Shown one piece after another: positions 48,189 to 61,216 of a stretch of 64,000 bases of DNA. Source of the DNA: Elsinoe ampelina. Taxonomy: Eukaryota. Below the pieces are notes generated by a model. The model did no database searches. It was not told the origin of the DNA and saw only the letters and a list, made by a program, of their open reading frames with translations. The DNA is taken from NCBI GenBank assembly GCA_010093995.1, contig ML992503.1, positions 2,186,919 to 2,250,918 on the forward strand. The letters are read 5' to 3'. Positions within the stretch are counted from its first letter, which is position 1; every line of letters begins with the position of its first letter. The translations under genes and the position numbers were made by a program.

Positions 48189-49827
48189 TCACCGTGGAGC
48201 GACATGAGACATCGACTCCTGGTTTTCCAGCAGACCAGACAGCATTCTTGTTGTGTACATCCCTCTCGTAGAACTTCGTAAAGCACGACCGTTTTCGACT
48301 GGCGAAGAGATCGGAGGTGGCTTGTCCTGCAGCTCGGATGCATGTTGCAACAGAAATTTGAGCATCCACCTGTCGACCTTATGAGTGTGCTCATCGATCG
48401 ACCAGAAGCAGAAGTCGTGGAAGAGGGCAAGCCGATCCATCATACCCTTGACGCCAGGCCAGTAAACTTGTAGAGTGCAGAGAGCCTCGAAATTATGCTC
48501 CAGTCGTACTCTCGCAGGACTCAACTCGTGCTCCTCACCAAATAGCAAGGTATGGAGCAGGACCGACGAGGATACAGTAGCCATGTGCGCAACGATGACA
48601 TATACGGCTGCGGAATCCTTGTGCTGGAAGGAAGCGTGCAAGACGTCACTGAAGGCAGCCGCGTGGTGTTTGCATCGTTGTGCCCAGTGTGAGTCAGTGG
48701 AGTAATTGCTGGACTGCGTGTCGAGATATTGGAAATATAGCAAGGTAGCATAATGATGGAAGCCTAGGTGAAGGGCCACGAATGTCGCACCGGCTCCATT
48801 GTCAGCGTATCCTGCCAGATTTTCGTCAGACCATTGTAAATCATTGGGTAATCGTGCTTCGTATCCGTCTAGTCTGTCAATCAGCTGTTGCGCCCTTCCG
48901 ACTTCAGCGTCTAGTCCACTGTTTGTTTCAGCCGCGGTGCGATTGAATTGCTGAATATCGACGAATATCTCCACCAACGATACCATGTATGACCAGAGAC
49001 CGTAACGATACAGTGTCCGCGGTGTGCGGGATTGTGCGACGTCCAGATTCTGAAAGGCGAGCTCGTCCATTGGTCGTATCGGGTGCTTACAGTTCAAGCC
49101 GAAACGCGGTGTCAAGCCCATACCAGCTGACGCCCATCGATCGATCATGAACAGGCTCCACCATACACGGCGCTCTGTCTCCCGTTGAATTTCATTCATG
49201 CCTTCACGCTCGACTTCAAGATGCAATAGCTGTGCTTTGCAGGTAGCCAGACCTAGGAAGTATGAGTCGCTCTGGTGCTCATTTCTAGAAGCTTTCCACC
49301 ATACCAAAGTACAAGGATTCGCCGCCATAGTCGCCATCAGCACCACAAAGATTACCTGCCAGGATACAGCCTTGGACGTTGGCCAATGATATGTCCTCGA
49401 GACTCTCCTTGAGCAAGCTGCGGGCAGAAAGACCACATCTGTCTCCCAAAGCTCTAACATCAGGCTTACTGGAGAATCTAGCGGCCATTCCAATAACAGC
49501 AAGTACATTCATTTCTGGTGCAGTCTTGTCGGCGATTGATGCCCGGAAAGTCTTTTCATGAAAGATAGTGTGCGGCTTATCGTGGATGTGTCGGAAGTAC
49601 AATCCGACTACTTCGTCAACTACACTTTCGTCCAGATCGTCCAATCGAAGAGACTGCTTTGGGGTGGGAGACTGATATGCTGGCTGTAATGTGCGAGATC
49701 TGCTCGACTTGATAGATCGAGAGCATTTCAAACTCCGGCGTGCGCATGGTTCACATGTCTGCTGATCGCGAACCAGATCGCATCGACGTTTGCTGGACCT
49801 GCATTGATGGCATGCTTTCGATACCAT
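48189..49827 (-). CDS. Zn(II)2Cys6 transcription factor with fungal-specific TF domain
   Basis: ACHQCRSSKRRCD..CEPCARRSLKC; ETERRVWWSLFMIDRWASAG; one intron ~49300-49255. Confidence 0.92.
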
Positions 49828-50147
49828 GGCACTGCTGACTCGAGCTATGGCCTTGTTTGTGGCAGGAGACCTGCTGATACGGTCGGCAGTGCTGTGACAT
49901 CGATTCTTGAATTACGGAGAACCTCCATTGAGACTCCTAGTCAGTGATCCTTCATGTGTGGATGGAGTTAGAGGCGTGCAAGCTGAAGTCATGGAAGAGG
50001 GTGACAAAACACGTGCACCACTTCACGACGCGCCAAGAAATCTGGGGAAGCAGGCCATCTGGAATCGCCTGGGCAAGCAGCTCCACCTCCCAAAAATTGT
50101 TGGATGGTCCATCTCCACATCGTGCAAGTCACTCCTTTGCCCTCAGT

Positions 50148-53100
50148 ATGGCGCGACTCGGCCGGACTGGCTTTCTAGCCATTGCCGTGCTCTTTCATAT
50201 CACCTACATCTTTTCAATCTTTGACATTTATTTCGTCAGTCCGATTGTCCATGGCATGAAGGCATATCGCGTCGAGAGCCGCGAAGCTCCCGCCAAGCGA
50301 CTTGTGCTATTCGTCGGTCAGTTCCAGCGCTCAACACATTGATCGTGCCGCTGATTCTCCAGGTGATGGTCTCCGCGCCGACAAGGCCTTCCAGTACCAT
50401 CCGGATCCTTCTCCACCTCCAGGGACCGATCTGGAAGCCGCGCTGGTCCCCCGGCCTCTTGCGCCCTTCCTGCGATCCCGAGTACTCGATCATGGTACCT
50501 TTGGTGTGTCGCATACCCGTGTACCCACAGAATCTCGCCCAGGTCACGTCGCCCTCATCGCTGGACTGTACGAAGATGTCTCTTCCGTCACCACTGGCTG
50601 GAAGCTCAACCCTGTCGAGTTCGACAGTGTCTTCAATCGCAGCACGCATACGTGGAGTTGGGGCAGTCCGGATATTCTTCCCATGTTCTCGGAGGGTGCT
50701 ATACCAGGAAGGGTAGATTCCTACACTTACGGCGCCGAAGAGGAGGATTTCAGCAAGGACGCGACCGAGCTGGACATTTGGGTCTTCGACCATGTAAAGG
50801 ACTTCTTTACTGAAGCAAGCAAGAATGAGACACTTGGTCGACAAATCAAGCAGGAGGGAAATGTGTTCTTCCTACATTTGCTAGGTCTAGACACAACGGG
50901 ACATGGCTACAGACCCTACTCGAAGGAGTATCTGAACAATATCAAGGTTGTGGATGAGGGTGTGAAGGAGATTACGGAGCTCGTGGAGAGCTTCTTCGGA
51001 GATGACAAGACAGCGTTTGTCTTCACTGCGGACCATGGAATGAGCGATTGGGGAAGTCATGGTGATGGACACCCGGATAACACAAGGACCCCTCTCATTG
51101 CATGGGGAAGTGGGGTAGCGAAACCAAGGACGGTGCAGAAGGGTCTGGCACGAGGACATGAAGATGGTTTCAGCTCGGACTGGCACCTCGACCAGGTCCA
51201 GCGAAACGACGTGGCACAAGCAGACGTAGCAACGCTGATGGCCTACCTAGCTGGACTGGAGTTCCCCGTGAACTCTGTAGGTGAGCTTCCGCTAGAGTAC
51301 GTGGCATCTTCCGATGCGGAAAAGGCAGAAGCGATGCTCGTCAATGCGCGAGGCATTCTTGAAATGTACCGTATCAAGGAACAGGATAAGATTGCCAAGG
51401 AGATTCGGTACAAGCCATTCCATGGCTTCGGAGACGAAGAGCACTCCATCGAACACCGACTTGGAGGTATTCAGGCGACAATAGACAAGGGCGAGTACCA
51501 GCAAGCCATCCGTGATTCGGATGAGCTGATGAAATTGGGCCTCGACGGCCTCAGATATTTACAGACGTACGATTGGCTCTTTCTGAGAACCATGGTCACG
51601 GCGGGCTATCTTGGCTGGATCGCCTTCAGCTTCACCATGGCAATCGATCAGCATGTGCTGAACAGCGCTTATGATGCCAAGCGGACCACAGCAAGCACCA
51701 TCGCTTTCTCCTCGTTTGCGGTAGGTCTCTTTGCGCTGCTGGCGGTGCAGAGCAGTCCTATTACATACTATGCCTACGCAATATTCCCTGTCATCTTCTG
51801 GGAAGAGGTCTGGACTAGACGGAGAGCAATTGTCACTGGCGCAAAGACATTGGCGCATAGTGTTGCCGCACAAGATCTGGCTGCGTTCGCATTCAACGCT
51901 TTGCTTGTGATTGGACTCATGGAAATCATGGTACGCCGAGAGCATATATCTTTCGGAAAGGTCTTACTAACGATGATGCAGGTCCAATCCTACTACTACA
52001 GGGAGTCATATACGATAATGTACTTACTAGGGATCATCTGGCCTGTATCATACGGATTCGATTTTCTGCGCAAGAACTTTGTACTGTGCTTGACTTGGAT
52101 CCTTTGCTGCATTGCGATGAGCATTTTCACGCTTCTCCCTGCTATGAAAGTGGAGAGCAGTAATTTAATGTATGGCTGCAAATTCACGCTGTGAAGATGT
52201 CACTGACCTTGTGACAGATCTTTGGGCGGATTCTTTATGCTCATTCTGGGCGTTGCATATATTTCATTCAGTAAAAGTGTGCTCCAGCAGAGCAGACCGG
52301 ACAGTGACGGACTGGGTGAACCAGCAGCGGATGGCATTTCTCGCGCGATTCTTGGAGTCCAGGTAGGTTGCACACATGCTTGAACGTTGACTATACCTGA
52401 CATCCACAGGTGGGACTCATCGCTTTGGCCATCTTGGTGACCCGGTCCAGCGTGGCATCGTTACAGGCCAAGACAGGTCTGCCACTCGGCACACAAGTAG
52501 TTGGCTGGATCGTTCTGGCCAGCTCCCTCATCTTACCGTTCGCCCACTCGTTGGATCCAAACAACCACTATCTACATCGACTAATGATCATCTTCCTCAC
52601 TTTTGCACCCATGTTCATCATTCTCACAATCTCATACGAAGGACTCTTCTACTTGGCCTTCTCGCTCACCCTGATCACCTGGGTCAGACTCGAGCACAGG
52701 ATCTATAGATCGTCACTGCCCGCGGACAAGCCCGACATTCCGTCCGATCCGATATCAGAGCTCAATCCTTTGACCCCTGCACTTGCGAACGGAGATGCCG
52801 CTCTCAAAGCTGCCGACGCCGCTACCTCACCCAAGACCTCTCAGGCGGAGAAACAGAAGAAGTGGTCGGAGTTCCGGACTCTCACTCTCGCCGACACTCG
52901 CATCGCTCTTTTCTTCCTGTATCTGCTACAATCTGGTTTCTTCTCCACCGGCAATATTGCATCCGTTTCGTCATTCTCGCTCGATGCGGTGAATCGACTG
53001 ATACCAGTCTTTGATCCCTTTAGTCAAGGTGCATTACTGCTCATGAAGATTCTGTCTCCGTTTGTGCTTGTTAGCGCCAATCTCGGGATCTTGAGCAAGA

Positions 53101-53399
53101 GGTTGAAGCTTCGTGGAGGAGCACTGTACTCGATTGTCACCGGCATCGGAGACTGGCTGACGCTTCGTTTCTTCTGGGCGGTCAAGGATGAGGGCAGCTG
53201 GCTGGAGATTGGCGAAAGCATCTCCGTCTTTGTCATTGCAAGCTGCATCTGTATTTTCGTGGCCGCATTAGAGACCGTGAGCGAGGTCCTCGTCGGCGGG
53301 ATAGAGTTCAACGATGAACCGAAGCGCACCGAAGACAAAGTCAAGAAGGAAGGCAACGGTACAGCCACAAAAGTGAAGATCGAGCCGGATGATCGGTAG
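50148..53399 (+). CDS. MCD4: GPI ethanolamine phosphate transferase 1 (PIG-N); 5 exons
   Basis: SIFDIYFVSP, FVGDGLRADK, SHTRVPTESRPGHVALIAG, TADHGMSDWGSHGDG, VKDEGSWLEIG. Confidence 0.96.
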
Positions 53400-53443
53400 T
53401 AATTACACAATGCATACATGACTTTTTACCCCTTTGCTCCCAT

Positions 53444-55080
53444 CTAGCATTCAATAATCGCCGCACTACTCCACGGCACCTCGACCACCAAACTCCCCTT
53501 GACCCTCTTCGCCTTTTCCTGACTCTCCCTCTTCACCCTCACCGGCTTCCCCTGCTTCCTCTCAAAATCATAACTCACCCCATCAAACGTCACCCCATCC
53601 CTCGCATCGGCCCCGACGGCCTCCAACCTCTTCACCTTGCCTTCACACTCCACCCCCTTGGCCAAATCAAGCACATACCTCCCCGTCTTCCTCGTCCCCT
53701 GATTCTTGTACACATTGGCCTCCGTCCCATTCCACTCCCTCAAATCCACGACCAAAACCCTCCTCAACCTCCCCCCCTTCCACGCACCGTACACGGCCCC
53801 CGTATCCCCCGACTCCTTCCACAAGTCCGCCACGCTCGTCTTGCCCCCTTCCTTTTCCCCGCCGCCCATCTCCCCCAGAAACGCCGCCAGCGCCACGTTC
53901 CCGTAATACGCCGGCTTGGTGGCGCGGGCCGAGAAATTCGTGTCCACGGGCTGCCACATCTGGTACCGGTAGTTGGTGCCCTGGTGCATGTGCTGGCGCT
54001 TGACGCCCTGGGCCGCGGCGGCCGTGTTGTACGTCAGACCCCACAGGGCGGCGCCGAAGGTGTCGGAGAGGCCCGGGCGGCCTTGTTGCGCGAGCGAGTT
54101 GTGCTCGCCTAGCACCAGGGGGGGTTGGCGGTTGGGGAGGTTGGTTCCCAGCTGGACGATGCCGGCGACGACGGCGCGGATGGCCGTGTGGTTCATGAGT
54201 GTGCCTTGGAGCGAGATGCCTGGGGCTGAAGCGATGTTCATGTAGTTGTGGGTTGCGAGGTAGTTGATGGGCGAGGTGGAGAGGCCGTCGCGCCAGGAGA
54301 GGGTGGGGTCGAGGGTGGTGAGGCCGTTGATGTCGCCTTTGCGGAGACCGGCGAAGGTGGGGCCGTAGAGGGACAGGGAGCTGGAGAATTGTGGGCAGGA
54401 GGTCGTGATGGTGGATTGGAGGGTGCCGAGGGTGCGGGTCCATTCGTCGACGTAGTATTGGTCGTTCCAGGTGGTGGCGTTGCGGAGGCGGAAGAGGATG
54501 TAGAGGTCGGGTTCGTTGCCGTATTCGAAGGCGAGGAGGGAGGGGATGCCCTTGCAGGCGTAGGGAATGGAGGCGATGGTGGAGTTGAGGACGGCGAGGT
54601 TGCCGTAGTTGAGGCCGTGAGTGAAGGTGTAGCCTGGCCAGGTTTGATAGGATTCGAAGAAGGAAGGGCCGATGTTGACGATGCCTGGGAAGTCGGCAGA
54701 GATGGCAGGGACGATGACGCCGATGTATCCTTGCTTTTGGGTTGGGTTGAAGATGGTACGGTCCCTGGAAGGATCAATTAGTGAGTTTGTAGTGTCATAA
54801 GGTACGTGTCTGTGACATACTGTGTGGCTCCACCAACCCGGATGACCGACTTTGTCCCGGTAAGACGAGCAATGTTGTTCAGCAGATTAAGCGAGTAGGT
54901 ATTGGGATTCGAGCGGTTGCCGGCATAGTCGAAGAGAGAGGAGAATTCAATCGAGTAAGAAACAAAATCCGGCCATGGCTTTCCAGCATCTTTCGGTGCT
55001 GACTTTGAAACTTTGACTGTTCTATCAGCCTGCACCAGACCACCAAGCAAGAGGAGAGAGAGTAATGATGGGGCGAGCAT
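53444..55080 (-). CDS. Secreted GH79 beta-glucuronidase-like protein
   Basis: Signal peptide; FVSYSIEF, IRVGGATQ|D, FEYGNEPDLY, LVLGEHNS, SDTFGAALW, HMHQGTNYRYQMWQP. Confidence 0.9.
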
Positions 55081-55754
55081 GATGTATACTGTCCAATTGG
55101 AAGCCACAAGGGCGTGGTTGAAGGGATGGCAATACCTACTTATAACAGCATCTTACCAAAAACCAATCAATAGCGGAGTAGATCTCCCCAGATCTCTCTC
55201 CACATTCGCCCACATGGCTACACCCCACGTTTCCGGGGAAGCATGACAGATGTGCACTGACACGAGCGTTGGGAAAGGGAGAGATGGTTTTGGGAATGGG
55301 AAGATGGAGAAATGAGGAGACGTCTTGGAAGAGGATGGGCCGCTTGACTGAATGCGGTATAGCACATGTCTCTCAATCGCGGACAGGGAAATCAGGCGAG
55401 ACCTTTGTAAGGAAGATGAGGACGACTTTTGGCCAGGCAAAAGATGTAATTTCAGCGACAAGCAAGACATCCCCTGTATCGAAATTGCCAATTGATCCAA
55501 AGGTCACATTGATGTTGATATCATGAAACTTGACAGTGTCGAAATACCTAAGCTAGGTACCCTTGGTAGAAAGTAGCCCGCCGCACTTTGTTTTCGTCGG
55601 CAACCATTCTTCCGATTCGCCGACATCATCCGCCAGTGGCGTAGCTTTCGTCCGGGAGACCGATTCTCCTCCACTTCCCTCCCACACTAACCATCATCTA
55701 CTATACAGTACAATCGTCGGCCATCTATCGGAGCCGTCCTGGCTCAATGTCTTG

Positions 55755-56717
55755 ATGCAGAACCTCACAGAGCTGGTGCAATTCATCCCAGCCAGTACAG
55801 AGGAGACGCCAGAGGATATATTTGCCTCAGCACCAGGCCTGATCTTTCCTGATGATCTGCGGAACCATCATGGCGAGGCAGGAGCCGTCTTGATATGCCG
55901 GAGTGTCAAATTCGGGAACGTTGAGCTCCGGACGGCGGATCCAGATGGAGAGACTGATAGGAGACTCTTTGGTCACTATCTATGGAACGCTGGCATTTTG
56001 ATGTCTGAAAGGATTTCTGGGCAGCGACTCTTGGATGAGAATGAGGTCAAGACGTGGAATGTGGAGCGACAAACGGTCCTCGAGCTCGGGGCAGGTGGGC
56101 ATACCAAGTGAAGGTCTGGATCATGGCTGGTACTGACGGTTGTGGCGAAGGAGTCGGCTTGACCGGCATTATTGCTTCTTTAGCTGGTGCGAAAGAGGTT
56201 TGTTCATTTCTTTTGTGGTCGAGGTAAGTATCTGATCGCAGTGCAGGTCGTCGTGTCGGACTACCCTGCCAAGGTCATCCTTGACAACATCCACAAGAAC
56301 ATTGAACAGAACGAAGCGCTTTTTGGCACACGAAAACCCCTTGTTCAGGGCCATGAATGGGGTGTTTTCAACGATGATTTCTCTCTCACAAGCAAACATC
56401 GCTTCTCCAGGGTCCTTGCCGCTGATTGCTTCTGGATGCCTCAAGTACATGAGGAGCTGGCACAGTCCATGCTCCATTTCTTGTCCCTAGAAGACACAGC
56501 AAGAGTCTTCGCCATAGCCGGCTTCCATACCGGTCGAGCAAAGCTTGCTGCCTTCTTTGACACCGCTACAGCCTGTGGCCTGATTATCGACGACATCCAC
56601 GAAGAAGACGCAAACGGCATCCGGCGGTCATGGGAGAAGGAGCGAGACGGCGGAAGAGAAGACCAAACGGAGCGAAAGAAGTGGTTGACCATAGCCATTC
56701 TCCGCCGCAAACCATGA
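55755..56717 (+). CDS. EFM7: Protein N-terminal/lysine methyltransferase Efm7/Nnt1-like; 3 exons
   Basis: LFGHYLWNAG, VLELGAG|VGLTGI, VVVSDYP, GHEWG, VLAADCFW. Confidence 0.78.
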
Positions 56718-56733
56718 TGCTACCATCCCAACC

Positions 56734-57113
56734 TCACTTTCCCCGCCTGAAAGCTAGCGTGCAAACACTCTGACCCTTCTTGCCCCCAAACGTGAAACTA
56801 GGATACTTCACCTCCCTAAACAACCTCAACTCCCCCTCTCCCCCTCCAAACCACTGCAACACCTCCTCCCTAGTCCAATTACAAGACGTAATCACAAAGA
56901 ACCCCCCCTTCTTCACCAAAGGCAGCACCCTGTCCCTATACCCCTCATGCGCCCTCCTCCCCTGCCCATCCGTCCCCTCGGCCAACGAAATAGCATCAAA
57001 CGTCCCCTTGTCAAGCACCACATCAAACCCCTCCCCCAACCAATTCCCCGGGTCATCCGCCAACAAATCCCACCTATAAAACTCCACCGTCCCCTCCCCG
57101 CTTTCCCCGCCCT

Positions 57114-57195
<82 letters not shown>

Positions 57196-57573
57196 AGCTC
57201 GAAAATCATATGCCCGTTGCCCGTGCCCAGATCCAAAAACCTAGTCGGCGGCGGGACAGCCGTGCCATCGTCGGCGTCGGCGTCAGACGACGGGCATTTG
57301 TGCAGGATTCCTTCGTCCGCGAGGTCCTCGAGGAGGGAGAGGACTTTTTCCTCGGCGCCCGTGTCGGAGAACCAGATGGTGCCTTCGTCCGAGGCGTCGG
57401 TGGCGTGGTTGGAGAGTTCGGTGCGGTAGGCTGCGTCCCAGCTGGGAGGGGGGGGTTAGGGGTGGTGGGGGGGAGGCGAAGACGAGAGGAAGGGGGAAAG
57501 AGGGACGGATGTGCTGAGGGAATACTGACTAGGATTTTGAGCCGAGTTCACTCGTGTTGAGGGGTTCGGCCAT
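56734..57573 (-). CDS. EFM4: Protein-lysine N-methyltransferase Efm4/See1; middle disrupted by a homopolymer run
   Basis: SELGSKSY|WDAAY..DEGTIWFSD, FLDLGTGNGH, FDVVLDKGTFDAISL, ITSCNWT, YPSFTFGGKKGQ. Confidence 0.88.
57117..57193 (+). repeat. 77-nt poly-C run, probable assembly artefact
   Basis: Lies inside the EFM4 CDS where the frame breaks. Confidence 0.85.
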
Positions 57574-57869
57574 TTTTTGTTGAGGGTGTGGATGATGCGG
57601 CGGTGCTGGGGGGAGTGGGAATTTTTAGCAAGACTGCATCTGAGTCCTTGGGTTGTTTTGTGATGGTGGGATTACTCGAGTATGCATTCAGGTTGACGAG
57701 TAGTGTCTTTAACTCAACTGTACAGGTGTGTGAAATTGGGATGGTCATGGACTCTGGTGAAAGACTTTATTCGAGCGAGAACGCTCCGAGAGATGACCGA
57801 AATATACTGTGATCTATCTGGTATAATGATATTTGTCGTCACAAAGCCATTGCTTTGCTCTTACGATGG

Positions 57870-58676
57870 TCAACTGACCATTGCTCCACCATTGACTAAC
57901 AATTGTACCACCTCAGCATGTCCATTCATGGCAGCCAACTGTAATGCTGTAAAATCCCCATCATCCTCGACCTCGGTACTGGCGCCAGCGCTGAGCAAGG
58001 CTTGGATGACCTCATGATATCCTCTACTGGCCGCTATGTGTAATGCTGTCGAGCCCGACTTGTCTTGAACGTTCACGTCGAGCTTCATCTGCACCAGTGT
58101 CCGCACCACCTCGGCACGATCGTTTTGGGCAGCAAGATGAAGGGCGGTAGTGCCTTTTTGTTCATCAGAGGTAGTCGAAGTTTGACATTGTGCATAACCG
58201 GCGTAGACTGACTGAGACGGTACCGGGACAGAGCCACTATATGCTGTACTTGAAGTTGGGATGCTCCGTTGGTACTGCTGTGGACTTCGTGGACTTCGAG
58301 CCGATCCAATGGTCGAATGGCCAGGGCTGCGCGGCGATTGGTGCACAGCATGATGGTCGAGTCTAGTCGGAACCGAGTTGTGATAGTATGGCGGACTCGT
58401 ATGATTGGATCGGTCGTGCGCATGATTGTATCGATGCTCGTCATGAGAAAAGCCGGTGCTAGATGGGCAAGGGGATGGAAAAGAGGTCCGGCGAGGCGAG
58501 CTCTGATGACAAGCGTGGGATGCATGCCTCTCCGCTAGAATACTAGCGATCGTGGCCCAGTCCACGGGGCAGTCATCGCATATATTCTGACTGTGACCAT
58601 GAATGGATCGAAGGTTTGACGGGGGCCGATTTAGTCGATCTCTGCCGTATGGATCTCTCTTGTGAGGATAGTTCAT
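57870..58676 (-). CDS. Ankyrin-repeat protein with low-complexity S/H/P-rich N-terminus
   Basis: GTTALHLAA, GSTALHIAA, DFTALQLAA repeats; start uncertain. Confidence 0.78.
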   Translation of the reverse strand: MNYPHKRDPYGRDRLNRPPSNLRSIHGHSQNICDDCPVDWATIASILAERHASHACHQSSPRRTSFPSPCPSSTGFSHDEHRYNHAHDRSNHTSPPYYHNSVPTRLDHHAVHQSPRSPGHSTIGSARSPRSPQQYQRSIPTSSTAYSGSVPVPSQSVYAGYAQCQTSTTSDEQKGTTALHLAAQNDRAEVVRTLVQMKLDVNVQDKSGSTALHIAASRGYHEVIQALLSAGASTEVEDDGDFTALQLAAMNGHAEVVQLLVNGGAMVS

Positions 58677-59219
58677 GGTCGAGATTAAACATGAGAAATG
58701 CTGGGTTGAGCTCTGTACATGTGATAATGGTACTTGAGCCAGCGCAGTGCGGCGGCAGCTTGATACAATGCATGATCCTGTTGTGCTCGAGTTCTGTGCC
58801 ACCACACTTGATGATACTCGACCAGTAAGTTCTGTCGAGGATTGAACATGTCGAAAGAATCAGCTTGTGCCGGTTGGGTGTGGCTGATGTTCTTTCGCGG
58901 AAGCGGTGGACCGCGCGCATCGCACTTGAGCGGTAGAGGTGTCGATGAGCGCCTGGGCAAGCCTTCTCAAGCTTATGCGTGAGCCAAGTACAGTGCTCAC
59001 CGGCCAAGGGATTTCAGCAGCAACAAAGTCTGGTACGCTTGTCTGCCGATTATGGCGCTATGGAAGTCGACAGCAGGAGGCTCAGCTGATCCGATCGGTT
59101 CAGTGATAGCCGCATAAACGCCGGTCATACAGAGTATCTCTGGGACTTACAACTAGCCTGATGGCCGCGATACAGTATAGGAAGCGGTGTGTCAGTTCGA
59201 TCATCCATTCAAGGCGAAC

Positions 59220-60358
59220 ATGGACGTCGAACCATGTCGAAACAGGTCAGCTATTGCGGTGCTACCATGTCTGGACTGCTCGATATTTGACAACGACTCA
59301 GCATCGGTCAGAGGGGAATTTGCCGCATCCCTACGAGCATCCCTAGAGCGCTTTGGATTCGTCAAGTTAGTCGGGCATGGTATTTCAGACCATTTGGTCG
59401 GCGAACTTTTCGAGTGGGTAAGCAATCCATGGATGGCGATAGGCCTCCGTGCCACGACTGAAGCGAGATGCAGGCAGACAAGCTTTTCCGCATGCCTGTA
59501 GCGCACAAGGAGCAGATTGCACATCAGCCAGGACCAAACCCACAGCGGGGTTGGAGCGGTGTCGGATCAGAGAATGCAGCAAAGCTCTACGCTGCATTGC
59601 AGGGTCTTGATGACCAGATCGGAAAGGCCGACTCCAGGGTGAGCACATGCGTCAGCAGATCGTCTCGAATGAATGGAGCACTGATTGTTGCAAAGGAGCA
59701 CTTCGATCAGGGGTGCAGGGATGATGTCGTGTTTCCGAACCGGTGGCCAGAAGATGCACATCTACCCGGCTTTCGGCCATTTGCCGAGTCAGCTTACCTC
59801 GCCTTGCACAAGGTCCGCAATCTGATTCTCAAGGCTTTGGAACTCGCGTACAGCTTACCGACTGGATCCTTCACGGATAGGTGCATGGATAGTGCGGATG
59901 AGCTCCGATTTAACCATTATCCAGCCATGAACGTCGCGGAGATGGACAAGGGCCACGTCAGTCGCATTTGGCCTCACACGGACCTCGGTGTAATTACATG
60001 TCTCTTCCAGGATGATGTAGGCGGTCTGGAGATAGAGGATCGCGCCAGTATCGGCTCATTCCTGCCTGTAGTGCGCGGCAGTGCGGAGGAAATGATAGTG
60101 AGCGTTAGCGAGACGCTTGAAAGGTGGACCAACGGGAAGCTGAAAGCGGGTGTTCATCAAGTCACGATTCCTGCATACTTGAAGGGCACCGTAACAGGAT
60201 GGGTGCCAGCAAGGATGTCCGTACCGTATTTCGTCAAGGCCGACAGGAATGCCAGCGCAGGACCATTGCCAGAGTTCCTGGCAGGTGGAGAGGCGCCACG
60301 ATTCGATGAGATGACGGCCCTGGAGTACCACATGCACCGGGTGGCAACAGCGTATTGA
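59220..60358 (+). CDS. 2OG-Fe(II) dioxygenase (IPNS-like DIOX_N fold), resembling amino-acid hydroxylases of NRPS clusters; 3 exons
   Basis: FGFVKLVGHGI, PNPQRGWS, IWPHTDLG, GVHQV, RMS; introns ~59418-59473 and ~59639-59695. Confidence 0.88.
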
Positions 60359-61216
60359 GATGGCTGGCGTCCAGCTAGGTCAGATGTAGACTAGACAAGT
60401 CTTGTGTGTTGTGTAATACATTCTCAGCTGCCAAAGAGTGCGTCCATCGTTGGGGGGCGTGGGGCGACACGTGTCCAGGTCTACATGCACCCACTTGTGT
60501 TGCAAGATCGCAAGACGACCTTTTCGACAGCTCTCTGTCAGTAGTGAAAGAGATGAAGGCCGAGTTGTTGATGTACAAAATAACATTCGAAGTTGAAGCG
60601 GGCCGTAGGAAAGTGACCAGGGTGGGCAGAGACGAAAGAGGGCAAATAACGCCATCGCCATGCAGCTTCCCGCTTCATGACCCATTGACCAAGTTTCCTC
60701 CTTGTCCCGCATCAAAGGACTGTTGCTAACCGAATCATCGACATCGTTACGATGTTCCGGCATGACACTAATGCAACTCTTGACCGGTTGCGTGCATGAG
60801 GCGAAGGTCATTGGGTCTGATGAGCTAGTGCAGGCGTAGCTCAGCCGACTTGCTGCATGGCTACCCACCCGGCCTGTACCACATGCATGGCAGTGAGTAT
60901 GGCCTCTCTCTTCTGATCATTGTGGTCAACAGAGCCGATCCATGTCAATACTTGATGATATGAGTGGTCGAGATGTTGTCGGGCATCTTCCAATGAGGTC
61001 CGACCACAGGTGAGCTGGACCACGACTAAACCACCCCTCCACGCTTCTCATGCCGAGATCCTGGTTGAGAGCAAAGCTCCATTGGGGCTGCCGTGGTCCC
61101 GCCATGACATACATGGAGCGCTTTGCAGATATTCATTACCACTAGGAGGAACCGCTCTCATTGTTGCGCATGGCGACGTGGTCTGCGCAGCTCAAGCATG
61201 AGCTTCCGCATCCCTC

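Noticed and set aside
58970..58990. Partial tox-box-like CTCACGCA in the ankyrin/dioxygenase promoter
   Set aside because: Single incomplete match, not seen repeated upstream of the other cluster genes.
60380..61114. Minus-strand ORFs between the dioxygenase and the bANK TF
   Set aside because: No domain motif or consistent splice model; likely promoter/terminator DNA.
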